Origin: a phage
Assembly (NCBI GenBank): GCA_014740375.1
Contig: GCA_014740375.1_3041.1
Direction: 5' to 3' (one strand)
Length of the DNA stretch: 64,000 nt
Part shown: piece after piece, positions 9,816 through 19,171 of the stretch
Layout: each line of letters begins with the position of its first letter
Position numbering within the stretch: position 1 is the first letter of the stretch
Program-made: the position numbers and the translations under genes
Notes under the pieces: model-generated
Seen by the model: the letters and a program-made list of their open reading frames with translations, nothing else
Told to the model about the DNA's origin: nothing
The model's database searches: none

Positions 9816-10441
9816 TACAATAGCTCAAAGAATTCTTTGAGTCCTCTTATTACATGAGCGTGAGTTTTTCCACACTCTGGACACTTAATTGGAACAGCCA
9901 AATAAACAGTAGGCTTTAAAAGCATATCTTTTATAGCTACAATATCTGACTCTGTGATGATAGAGTATAAATCTTCCAGTTCTTTTTCATTTAAATCTTC
10001 AACTGGAATGCTTTCACCATTAGCATGAATCGTTTCTATACATGATACTATCATGTGGGCTATATTTTTATCATCAAAAATTTTAGGGTAATGGAACTTA
10101 ATTTTAATGTCACCCAGTGTATACCAGAGGTCTTCTGGTGCATCTATTTGTGTATGTAATAGATTTATATGGGTTGGTATTTCAGTTCCGCAGGTGCACT
10201 TCCAGGAATTTTCGTGATTAACTTCTCCAAGAGAATGTGCCCATAAATGAATCAGCAGTAGTTCTGATTCTTGGCGGTTTAAATCTTTTGCATTTGTGCA
10301 GTCTTTAATTAGCTTTTTAACGATCTCTTCTACTGAACCGTTCTTTTTAGCAGTAATAAGTTCTAGATATTCTTTAAGAGTAAATGCGCGGCAGTTGATT
10401 ATTTTAGAACCAACTCTCACGTCAAATTTGTATTCATACAT
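9815..10441 (-). CDS. 26: Baseplate hub protein gp26
   Basis: 208 aa; T4 position and length. Confidence 0.85.
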   Translation of the reverse strand: MYEYKFDVRVGSKIINCRAFTLKEYLELITAKKNGSVEEIVKKLIKDCTNAKDLNRQESELLLIHLWAHSLGEVNHENSWKCTCGTEIPTHINLLHTQIDAPEDLWYTLGDIKIKFHYPKIFDDKNIAHMIVSCIETIHANGESIPVEDLNEKELEDLYSIITESDIVAIKDMLLKPTVYLAVPIKCPECGKTHAHVIRGLKEFFELL

Positions 10442-10462
10442 ATTTAGCTCCTTTATTTATCA

Positions 10463-10474
10463 TATTTATAAATA
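10463..10474. promoter_or_regulatory. Divergent late promoters for genes 26 and 51 sharing palindrome TATTTATAAATA
   Basis: TATAAATA on plus strand (10467-10474) and on minus strand (10463-10470), each followed by AAGGAG and an ATG. Confidence 0.6.
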
Positions 10475-10491
10475 GAATAAAAGGAGCATCT

Positions 10492-11241
10492 ATGGCAAAC
10501 ATTATTCGTTGTAAATTACCAGATGGTGTTCATCGTTTTAAACCATTTACGGTAGAAGATTATCGAGATTTTTTGTTAGTTCGAAACGATATAGAACATC
10601 GGTCACCACAAGAACAAAAAGAAATAATTGCTGATTTAATTGCTGATTATTTTGGAGACTATCCGAAGACTTGGCAACCATTTATATTTTTGCAGGTATT
10701 TGTAGGGTCAATAGGTAAAACTAAAGTACCGGTCACATTTGTATGTCCAAAATGTAAAAAAGAAAAGACAGTTCCATTTGAAATATATCAAAAAGAATTA
10801 AAGGAACCTGTTTTTGATGTAGCTAATGTTAAAATTAAATTAAAGTTTCCTTCTGAGTTTTATGAAAATAAAGCAAAGATGATTACTGAAAATATTCATT
10901 CTGTTCAAGTAGATGAAATATGGTATGATTGGAAGGAAATTAGCGAATCGAGTCAAATAGAACTTGTTGATGCCATCGAGATAGAAACATTAGAAAAAAT
11001 TCTCGATGCAATGAATCCTATTAATTTAACATTGCATATGTCATGTTGTAATAAGTATGTAAAAAAATACACTGATATAGTAGATGTGTTTAAGCTATTA
11101 GTTAACCCAGATGAAATATTTACTTTTTATCAAATCAATCACACGCTCGTAAAAAGTAATTATAGCTTAAATTCAATAATGAAAATGATTCCTGCTGAGC
11201 GCGGATTCGTATTAAAACTGATTGAGAAGGATAAACAATAA
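10492..11241 (+). CDS. 51: Baseplate hub assembly protein gp51
   Basis: 249 aa; T4 position and length. Confidence 0.85.
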   Translation: MANIIRCKLPDGVHRFKPFTVEDYRDFLLVRNDIEHRSPQEQKEIIADLIADYFGDYPKTWQPFIFLQVFVGSIGKTKVPVTFVCPKCKKEKTVPFEIYQKELKEPVFDVANVKIKLKFPSEFYENKAKMITENIHSVQVDEIWYDWKEISESSQIELVDAIEIETLEKILDAMNPINLTLHMSCCNKYVKKYTDIVDVFKLLVNPDEIFTFYQINHTLVKSNYSLNSIMKMIPAERGFVLKLIEKDKQ

Positions 11242-12416
11242 TGAGTATGTTGCAACGCCCAGGATATCCAAATCTCAGCGTTAAATTATTTGATAGCTAC
11301 GACGCTTGGAGTAATAATAGATTTGTTGAATTAGCTGCTACTATTACCACATTAACTATGCGGGATTCTCTTTATGGCCGAAATGAAGGAATGCTGCAGT
11401 TTTATGATTCTAAAAATATCCATACAAAAATGGATGGAAATGAAATAATTCAGATTTCTGTAGCTAATGCAAACGATATTAATAATGTTAAAACACGAAT
11501 TTATGGATGTAAGCATTTTTCCGTGTCAGTAGATTCAAAGGGTGATAACATCATTGCTATTGAATTGGGAACTATTCATTCTATAGAAAATCTTAAATTT
11601 GGCAGACCGTTTTTCTCTGATGCAGGTGAATCTATAAAGGAAATGCTTGGCGTCATTTATCAGGATCGCACGTTATTAACTCCAGCAATAAATGCTATAA
11701 ATGCCTATGTTCCTGATATTCCATGGACTAGCACATTTGAAAACTATTTGTCGTATGTCAGAGAAGTTGCTCTAGCTGTAGGAAGTGACAAATTTGTATT
11801 TGTGTGGCAAGACATCATGGGAGTTAACATGATGGACTATGATATGATGATAAATCAAGAACCGTATCCAATGATTGTTGGTGAGCCATCTTTAATAGGT
11901 CAATTCATCCAAGAATTAAAATATCCATTAGCATATGATTTCGTTTGGTTGACTAAATCGAATCCTCACAAACGCGACCCAATGAAAAATGCTACTATCT
12001 ATGCTCATTCATTTTTAGATTCTTCATTGCCAATGATTACTACAGGAAAGGGCGAAAACTCTATTGTAGTATCAAGGTCAGGTGCTTATTCTGAAATGAC
12101 TTATAGGAATGGCTATGAAGAAGCTATTCGTCTTCAAACTATGGCACAATACGATGGCTATGCTAAATGTTCTACTGTCGGTAATTTTAACTTGACTCCT
12201 GGCGTTAAAATTATTTTTAATGATAGTAAAAACCAATTTAAAACAGAATTTTACGTTGATGAAGTTATCCATGAATTATCCAATAATAATTCAGTAACTC
12301 ATCTATATATGTTCACTAATGCAACGAAACTGGAAACAATAGACCCAGTTAAGGTTAAAAATGAATTTAAATCTGATACTACCACTGAAGAAAGTAGTTC
12401 TTCCAATAAGCAATAA
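11241..12416 (+). CDS. 27: Baseplate hub protein gp27
   Basis: 391 aa; T4 position and length. Confidence 0.9.
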   Translation: MSMLQRPGYPNLSVKLFDSYDAWSNNRFVELAATITTLTMRDSLYGRNEGMLQFYDSKNIHTKMDGNEIIQISVANANDINNVKTRIYGCKHFSVSVDSKGDNIIAIELGTIHSIENLKFGRPFFSDAGESIKEMLGVIYQDRTLLTPAINAINAYVPDIPWTSTFENYLSYVREVALAVGSDKFVFVWQDIMGVNMMDYDMMINQEPYPMIVGEPSLIGQFIQELKYPLAYDFVWLTKSNPHKRDPMKNATIYAHSFLDSSLPMITTGKGENSIVVSRSGAYSEMTYRNGYEEAIRLQTMAQYDGYAKCSTVGNFNLTPGVKIIFNDSKNQFKTEFYVDEVIHELSNNNSVTHLYMFTNATKLETIDPVKVKNEFKSDTTTEESSSSNKQ

Positions 12417-12894
12417 AGAAGTTTCTATTCCTAAAATGGGTCTTAAACATTATAACATTTTAAAAGATGTTAAAGGTCCTGATGAAAATTTAAAACTTCT
12501 TATTGATTCTATTTGTCCGAATTTATCACCAGCAGAAGTTGATTTCGTTTCCATTCATTTATTGGAATTTAATGGAAAGATTAAATCTCGTAAAGAAATA
12601 GATGGTTATACTTATGACATTAATGATGTTTATGTGTGCCAAAGATTAGAATTTCAATACCAAGGAAATACATTTTATTTTAGACCTCCTGGAAAATTTG
12701 AACAATTTTTAACGGTGAGCGATATGTTATCCAAATGCTTGCTTAAGGTCAATGATGAAGTTAAAGAAATTAATTTTCTTGAGATGCCAGCATTCGTTTT
12801 AAAATGGGCAAATGATATTTTTACAACTTTAGCAATTCCTGGCCCTAATGGTCCAATAACCGGAATTGGCAATATTATTGGATTATTTGAATGA
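12361..12894 (+). CDS. 28: Baseplate hub distal protein gp28
   Basis: 177 aa; overlaps 3' end of gene 27. Confidence 0.8.
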   Translation: MNLNLILPLKKVVLPISNKEVSIPKMGLKHYNILKDVKGPDENLKLLIDSICPNLSPAEVDFVSIHLLEFNGKIKSRKEIDGYTYDINDVYVCQRLEFQYQGNTFYFRPPGKFEQFLTVSDMLSKCLLKVNDEVKEINFLEMPAFVLKWANDIFTTLAIPGPNGPITGIGNIIGLFE

Positions 12895-14663
12895 AAAAGC
12901 CACAAGAAATGCAAACGATGCGTAGAAAAGTTATTTCAGATAATAAACCAACACAGGAAGCGGCTAAATCCGCTTCCAACACTTTATCTGGACTTAACGA
13001 TATATCTACGAAATTGGATGATGCTCAAGCTGCCTCTGAATTAATAGCTCAAACTGTCGAAGAAAAATCGAATGAAATAATTGGAGCAATTGATAACGTA
13101 GAAAGCGCAGTGAGTGATACTACTGCCGGTTCTGAGTTAATTGCTGAAACTGTCGAAATTGGCAACAATATTAATAAAGAAATTGGTGAATCACTCGGAA
13201 GCAAATTAGATAAATTAACGAGTTTATTAGAACAAAAAATTCAGACAGCTGGAATTCAACAAACAGGAACCAGTTTAGCCACGGTTGAAAGCGCTATTCC
13301 TGTTAAAGTTGTTGAGGATGATACAGCTGAATCTGTGGGTCCTTTATTACCGGCCCCTGAAGCAGTTAATAATGATCCTGACGCTGATTTTTTCCCTACC
13401 CCTCAGCCAGTTGAACCCAAACAAGAATCGCCAGAAGAAAAACAGAAAAAAGAAGCATTTAACTTAAAATTATCTCAAGCTTTAGATAAATTAACGAAGA
13501 CTGTTGATTTCGGATTTAAAAAATCCATTTCAATTACTGATAAAATATCAAGCATGTTATTTAAGTACACCATCAGTGCTGCTATTGAAGCTGCTAAAAT
13601 GACTGCAATGATATTGGCTGTTGTTGTTGGAATAGACCTGTTGATGGTTCATTTTAAATACTGGTCAGATAAATTTTCAAAAGCCTGGGATTTATTTAAT
13701 ACTGACTTTACTAAATTCTCTAGCGAAACCGGAACATGGGGTCCTTTATTACAGAGCATCTTTGATTCTATTGATAAAATTAAACAACTTTGGGAAGCGG
13801 GAGATTGGGGTGGATTGACAGCAGCTATTGTTGAAGGACTCGGAAGTGTTCTTTTTAATTTAGGTGAACTTATTCAATTAGGTATGGCTAAATTATCTGC
13901 AGCAATTCTTCGAGTCATTCCTGGTATGAAGGATACTGCTGATGAAGTAGAAGGAAGAGCGCTGGAAAATTTCCAAAATTCTACTGGAGCATCTCTCAAT
14001 AAAGAAGACCAAGAAAAAGTAGCAAATTATCAAGATAAACGAATGAATGACGATCTTGGTCCAATAGCAAAAGGATTAGATAAAATTGCTAATTGGAAAA
14101 CCCGTGCATCTAACTGGATTCGTGGCGTTGATAATAAAGAAGCATTGACAACCGATGAAGAACGCGCAGCAGAAGAAGAAAAATTAAAGCAACTTTCACC
14201 TGAAGAAAGAAAAAATGCTTTAATGAAAGCTAATGAAGCTCGTGCCGCGATGATTCGTTTTGAAAAATACGCTGATTCGGCTGATATGAGTAAAGACTCA
14301 ACGGTTAAATCAGTTGAAGCTGCCTATGAAGACCTTAAAAAACGAATGGATGACCCGGATTTAAATAATTCACCGGCAGTTAAAAAAGAACTTGCTGCTA
14401 GATTTTCTAAAATTGATGCTACTTATCAAGAGCTCAAGAAAAATCAGCCTAATGCCAAACCTGAAACTTCTGCTAAATCGCCAGAAGCAAAACAAGTCCA
14501 GGTAATAGAAAAGAACAAAGCGCAGCAAGCTCCTGTTCAACAAGCATCTCCTTCAATCAATAATACTAATAATGTTATTAAGAAAAATACTGTCGTTCAT
14601 AATATGACACCCGTAACGAGCACGACTGCTCCTGGTGTATTTGATGCGACTGGAGTTAATTAA
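12891..14663 (+). CDS. 29: Tail tube tape-measure / baseplate hub protein gp29
   Basis: 590 aa; long alpha-helical protein with central hydrophobic segment; T4 position. Confidence 0.88.
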   Translation: MKKPQEMQTMRRKVISDNKPTQEAAKSASNTLSGLNDISTKLDDAQAASELIAQTVEEKSNEIIGAIDNVESAVSDTTAGSELIAETVEIGNNINKEIGESLGSKLDKLTSLLEQKIQTAGIQQTGTSLATVESAIPVKVVEDDTAESVGPLLPAPEAVNNDPDADFFPTPQPVEPKQESPEEKQKKEAFNLKLSQALDKLTKTVDFGFKKSISITDKISSMLFKYTISAAIEAAKMTAMILAVVVGIDLLMVHFKYWSDKFSKAWDLFNTDFTKFSSETGTWGPLLQSIFDSIDKIKQLWEAGDWGGLTAAIVEGLGSVLFNLGELIQLGMAKLSAAILRVIPGMKDTADEVEGRALENFQNSTGASLNKEDQEKVANYQDKRMNDDLGPIAKGLDKIANWKTRASNWIRGVDNKEALTTDEERAAEEEKLKQLSPEERKNALMKANEARAAMIRFEKYADSADMSKDSTVKSVEAAYEDLKKRMDDPDLNNSPAVKKELAARFSKIDATYQELKKNQPNAKPETSAKSPEAKQVQVIEKNKAQQAPVQQASPSINNTNNVIKKNTVVHNMTPVTSTTAPGVFDATGVN

Positions 14664-14671
14664 GGAATAAT

Positions 14672-15766
14672 ATGGCAATTGTTAAAGAAATAACTGCTGA
14701 TTTAATTAAAAAGTCCGGTGAGAAAATTTCAGCCGGACAGAGTACTAAATCAGAAGTAGTAACTAAAACATACACTGCCCAGTTTCCAACTGGGCGTGCT
14801 AGTGGTAATGACACTACAGGGGACTTCCAGGTAACAGATCTATATAAGAATGGATTATTATTTACTGCATACAATATGTCATCTAGGGATTCTGGAAGTC
14901 TTAGATCGATGAGATCTAACTACTCTTCTTCATCTTCGAGTATTTTAAGTACAGCTAGAAACACTATTAGTAGTACAGTATCAAAACTATCAAATGGATT
15001 AATATCAAATAATAATTCAGGAACAATAAGTAAAGCTCCTGTCGCAAACATTCTTTTACCGAGATCTAAATCTGACGTTGATACGTCATCACATAGATTT
15101 AATGATGTTCAAGAAAGTCTTATCAGCAGAGGCGGAGGTACTGCCACCGGTGTGTTAAGTAATATTGCTTCAACTGCAGTATTTGGGGCACTGGAAAGTA
15201 TAACACAAGGTATAATGGCTGATAATAATGAACAGATTTATACGACAGCCAGAAGTATGTATGGTGGTGCTGAGAATAGAACTAAAGTGTTTACATGGGA
15301 TTTGACTCCACGTTCAACGGAAGATTTGATGGCTATTATCAATATCTATCAATATTTTAACTATTTTTCTTATGGTGAAACGGGCAAATCTCAATATGCT
15401 GCTGAAATAAAGGGGTATTTAGATGATTGGTATCGTTCTACGTTAATTGAACCTTTATCTCCGGAAGACGCAGCTAAAAATAAAACACTATTTGAGAAAA
15501 TGACATCGAGCTTAACTAACGTTCTAGTAGTTTCAAACCCGACAATTTGGATGGTGAAAAACTTTGGTGCAACATCTAAGTTTGATGGAAAAACGGAAAT
15601 ATTTGGCCCATGTCAAATACAGAGCATCAGATTTGATAAAACACCTAATGGTAACTTTAACGGATTAGCTATTGCTCCAAACCTCCCTAGTACATTTACT
15701 CTTGAGATTACTATGAGAGAAATTATCACGTTAAACCGTGCTTCTTTATATGCGGGGACTTTTTAA
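14672..15766 (+). CDS. 48: Baseplate-tail tube junction protein gp48
   Basis: 364 aa; T4 position and length. Confidence 0.85.
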   Translation: MAIVKEITADLIKKSGEKISAGQSTKSEVVTKTYTAQFPTGRASGNDTTGDFQVTDLYKNGLLFTAYNMSSRDSGSLRSMRSNYSSSSSSILSTARNTISSTVSKLSNGLISNNNSGTISKAPVANILLPRSKSDVDTSSHRFNDVQESLISRGGGTATGVLSNIASTAVFGALESITQGIMADNNEQIYTTARSMYGGAENRTKVFTWDLTPRSTEDLMAIINIYQYFNYFSYGETGKSQYAAEIKGYLDDWYRSTLIEPLSPEDAAKNKTLFEKMTSSLTNVLVVSNPTIWMVKNFGATSKFDGKTEIFGPCQIQSIRFDKTPNGNFNGLAIAPNLPSTFTLEITMREIITLNRASLYAGTF

Positions 15767-16731
15767 TGTATTCTTTAGAGGAATTTAATAATCAAGCAAT
15801 AAACGCAGATTTCCAACGTAATAATATGTTTAGCTGCGTTTTTGCGACAACTCCATCAACTAAAAGCTCTTCGTTGATAAGTTCAATTAGCAACTTTTCT
15901 TATAATAACTTGGGTCTAAATTCAGATTGGTTAGGATTGACTCAAGGCGATATTAATCAGGGAATTACCACGCTAATTACCGCTGGCACACAAAAACTGA
16001 TAAGAAAATCAGGGGTTAGTAAATATCTTATTGGTGCCATGAGTCAACGTACAGTTCAAAGTTTATTGGGCTCATTTACAGTCGGTACATATTTAATTGA
16101 CTTCTTTAATATGGCATATAATTCATCTGGATTGATGATATACTCTGTAAAAATGCCAGAGAATAGATTATCCTATGAAACTGACTGGAACTATAACTCT
16201 CCTAATATTCGTATAACTGGGAGAGAATTAGACCCTTTGGTTATTTCATTTAGAATGGATTCAGAAGCTTGTAACTATCGTGCAATGCAAGACTGGGTTA
16301 ACGCTGTTCAAGACCCAGTAACTGGACTGCGTGCTTTGCCACAAGATGTCGAGGCAGATATTCAGGTTAATCTTCATGCTCGTAATGGATTACCTCATAC
16401 TGCAGTGATGTTCACCGGATGCATTCCAGTGTCAGTGAGCGCTCCTGAGTTATCATATGATGGAGATAACCAAATAACTACATTTGATGTTACTTTTGCG
16501 TATAGAGTCATGCAGGCTGGGTCGGTTGATAGACAAGCTGCGCTTGAGTGGCTTGAATCTGCTGCTATAAATGGCATTCAAAGCGTTCTCGGAAATAGTG
16601 GAGGTGTTACTGGATTATCTAATTCGCTTTCACGACTTAGTAGATTAGGGGGAACTGCTGGAAGCATTTCAAACATTAATACTATGACAGGAATTGTCAA
16701 TTCGCAAAGTAAAATATTAGGAGCAATATAA
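15766..16731 (+). CDS. 54: Baseplate-tail tube initiator gp54
   Basis: 321 aa; T4 position. Confidence 0.85.
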   Translation: MYSLEEFNNQAINADFQRNNMFSCVFATTPSTKSSSLISSISNFSYNNLGLNSDWLGLTQGDINQGITTLITAGTQKLIRKSGVSKYLIGAMSQRTVQSLLGSFTVGTYLIDFFNMAYNSSGLMIYSVKMPENRLSYETDWNYNSPNIRITGRELDPLVISFRMDSEACNYRAMQDWVNAVQDPVTGLRALPQDVEADIQVNLHARNGLPHTAVMFTGCIPVSVSAPELSYDGDNQITTFDVTFAYRVMQAGSVDRQAALEWLESAAINGIQSVLGNSGGVTGLSNSLSRLSRLGGTAGSISNINTMTGIVNSQSKILGAI

Positions 16732-16735
16732 CAAT

Positions 16736-16753
16736 GGGGACCGAAAGGTCCCC
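16736..16753. terminator. Terminator hairpin between convergent gene 54 and alt-region genes
   Basis: GGGGACC-GAAA-GGTCCCC followed by ATATTTTTATTT. Confidence 0.6.
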
Positions 16754-16759
16754 ATATTT

Positions 16760-17050
16760 TTATTTACGGAATGAAATAAAAGCAGCAACTGAAGCAACTA
16801 AACTGTCTTCAATATAAACTTCAATTTTTACCGGAGCTTCTGACTCAAATTTACCTGTTACTACGCCTTGGAAAATGCTTTCAGTCTGTTCTGGCTTTGA
16901 AAAATTTTCAGAAGGAAAAATTCCGAACTTTTTATCTGTTCCAAAAATTTTAATAAATTCATCGTAAACTGCTTCATTAAAAGCGTTATCAGCAGGAATA
17001 ACGCCTTCAACTACAAGTTCTTGACCTAAAAAGCGTAAAGAAGATTTCAT
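16760..17050 (-). CDS. Hypothetical early protein (alt.-3 position)
   Basis: 96-aa ORF directly downstream of an early promoter and GAGGA Shine-Dalgarno. Confidence 0.6.
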   Translation of the reverse strand: MKSSLRFLGQELVVEGVIPADNAFNEAVYDEFIKIFGTDKKFGIFPSENFSKPEQTESIFQGVVTGKFESEAPVKIEVYIEDSLVASVAAFISFRK

Positions 17051-17081
17051 TTTGTGTTCCTCATGTTATGTCAGTAAGATT

Positions 17082-17111
17082 ATTATAACACAACACGAGG
17101 GACTTGTAAAC
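17082..17111 (-). promoter_or_regulatory. T4-type early promoter
   Basis: Minus strand GTTTAC, 18 bp, TATAAT; part of a 54-bp cassette repeated at 32381-32434. Confidence 0.6.
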
Positions 17112-19168
17112 TACATCTTGAACTTTTTAGACATTCCGTTGATGTTAACCAAAGAAGCCAAGATTTGAGAAACTTCGTTTTCCTCTTCTTTTGATTCTTC
17201 TACAAGGAATTGATTAAACCCAGCCATTGGACGAACTTCGCCAGTTTCCATTAGATGATCGCCATCATATACCGATTCTTCTAATTGTTCAGAAGGAGGA
17301 ACGATTGTGCCTTCGATTAGATACTTGTTATAAGCAGTTTCTTTCATCATGTACGTGCTTACTTTATTAATCTTCAACAAAATTCCACGTGGTAGAATAA
17401 CTTCAGCTTCTGATGGAAATCCCGATAAATGACCTGGAACGATAACTTTGATTCGCTCAGCCCCTTTTATTACCATACCTACGCTAGTTTCAGCATCTTC
17501 ATTCGCATAAGCAGAATGACTGCCCATATGCATTAAATCTTCAGCATCAACAGAACCTTCTCCTTCACCAGAAAATACTGCGCCGGAATCATCTAGAGCC
17601 ATATAATTTTTACCATGCTCACCGAAGATATTTGGTTTAAGCGATGTTGATACGAAGTTCTTGAAATAGAACATTTTATTTTCAATATTATGGCGTAAAG
17701 TTTTAAAAGTAACTTCTTGTCCACGATAAAGCGTAGTTCCTGGAGGAAGAACTGAACCTTTGGCAAAGGCAGAATCCAGCGTCTCGATGTGTTTAATAGC
17801 TCGTTCCATATATTCTTCACGGGTAGAATCTGGTTTACCCAAGAGGAACGAGTTCATTTCAACATATGAATCTGCACAATAATCTTCAATTACATCAGAC
17901 TCAGCCTGAGTCAGTCCTTTTGGAGTTACTTCGGTGCTTGCGTATTCATATGCCTGAGCAGCAGATTCATTAATCAATTTATAAATGCCATTCATGACAA
18001 ATTGAATAATAGCTACCTTTTCGTCTGGTGTGGCTTTAGAACCTTTAACTAAATCATTGATAATTTTCTTAATAACATCAAAGCTATTAGAAATATTAAT
18101 GTCAGCGAGATCGCTCAAAATTTTATCGGTTTTATAATCAAAAAATTCTTTATTCTTTAAATATTCTTGAGAACCTTGATGTGTTATATCGCTCTGCAGT
18201 CTGATAGACGGATCACGTAAACGCGCATGGGCCAATGCAATATGATTTCGGAAGCTTTCTAGTTCATAATCGTTAGATTTAAAACGAGAAGCACTTCTCA
18301 TACCACCGATAGCTCCTTTGCCGAAGTTTGAACCAATCTGAATAACACCAGAGTTCATTGGTCCTTCTGCTTTATATACCGGAACTTTAGATTCAAACTC
18401 TTGATATTTCTTGGCAGCGAAGCTATCACCCTGAAGCGAAGCATCGACAGTAGAATATTGAGCTTGCGCTGCTAATCGACGACTAATTTTAGTTTTCTGA
18501 ATAACAGCTTGATCCGTGCGCTTATCATTTTCTAAAGCAATAGAAGCAGCAACAGCAACAGCTTTAGGAACAGCATTACCTGTTTTAACATCTACATAAA
18601 CATCACCAACCTTTGATTCAACTTTTGTGAATAACTCAGTTGAAATAGGAGGTACACCTGGAATGTCTTCTAAATTGGCATTTTTACGGTAAACCATAAT
18701 ATATGCATACTTTTTATCATAATCCCAGATTTCCTTTAAAAGAACATATCGACCTGCTCCTTTAGTACGTACTAAACGGTCAGCAATAACTTGCATTTGA
18801 CGAGCAGCGCCATTTGTTTTACTTTTTAGTACGCGGAATAGGCATGCGTCAATTTTGTACTGTTTCATTGTTTGAAGAGCAGTATCAAAAACCGCATTAA
18901 TGACACCAATTGGATTTCCACCCAAGTTTTTAAGTTTAACTAATGATAGTTTCTCATTGACACCTATCATTACGATATGCATCATTTTATCGCCTGGCTT
19001 AACGTTTTTATTTGTATCACCGCCAGAGGTGTATGTACAAAATCTAAATCCAGGAAGCACGCTTTCTTCACCGGCTTGAATAGCAAAAATTTGAGGTATT
19101 TTATGCTTAGGATTTAAGTTAACAACCGGCGCCGAAGCGCCGTCAAATAATTCTGTAATAAGTTCCAT
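17111..19168 (-). CDS. Alt-like ADP-ribosyltransferase, second paralog (685 aa)
   Basis: About 60-65 percent identical to upstream alt at both termini; ART R-S-E elements (YRG, FVSTSL, EAEVILPRG); divergent central region. Confidence 0.85.
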   Translation of the reverse strand: MELITELFDGASAPVVNLNPKHKIPQIFAIQAGEESVLPGFRFCTYTSGGDTNKNVKPGDKMMHIVMIGVNEKLSLVKLKNLGGNPIGVINAVFDTALQTMKQYKIDACLFRVLKSKTNGAARQMQVIADRLVRTKGAGRYVLLKEIWDYDKKYAYIMVYRKNANLEDIPGVPPISTELFTKVESKVGDVYVDVKTGNAVPKAVAVAASIALENDKRTDQAVIQKTKISRRLAAQAQYSTVDASLQGDSFAAKKYQEFESKVPVYKAEGPMNSGVIQIGSNFGKGAIGGMRSASRFKSNDYELESFRNHIALAHARLRDPSIRLQSDITHQGSQEYLKNKEFFDYKTDKILSDLADINISNSFDVIKKIINDLVKGSKATPDEKVAIIQFVMNGIYKLINESAAQAYEYASTEVTPKGLTQAESDVIEDYCADSYVEMNSFLLGKPDSTREEYMERAIKHIETLDSAFAKGSVLPPGTTLYRGQEVTFKTLRHNIENKMFYFKNFVSTSLKPNIFGEHGKNYMALDDSGAVFSGEGEGSVDAEDLMHMGSHSAYANEDAETSVGMVIKGAERIKVIVPGHLSGFPSEAEVILPRGILLKINKVSTYMMKETAYNKYLIEGTIVPPSEQLEESVYDGDHLMETGEVRPMAGFNQFLVEESKEEENEVSQILASLVNINGMSKKFKM

Positions 19169-19171
19169 GAT

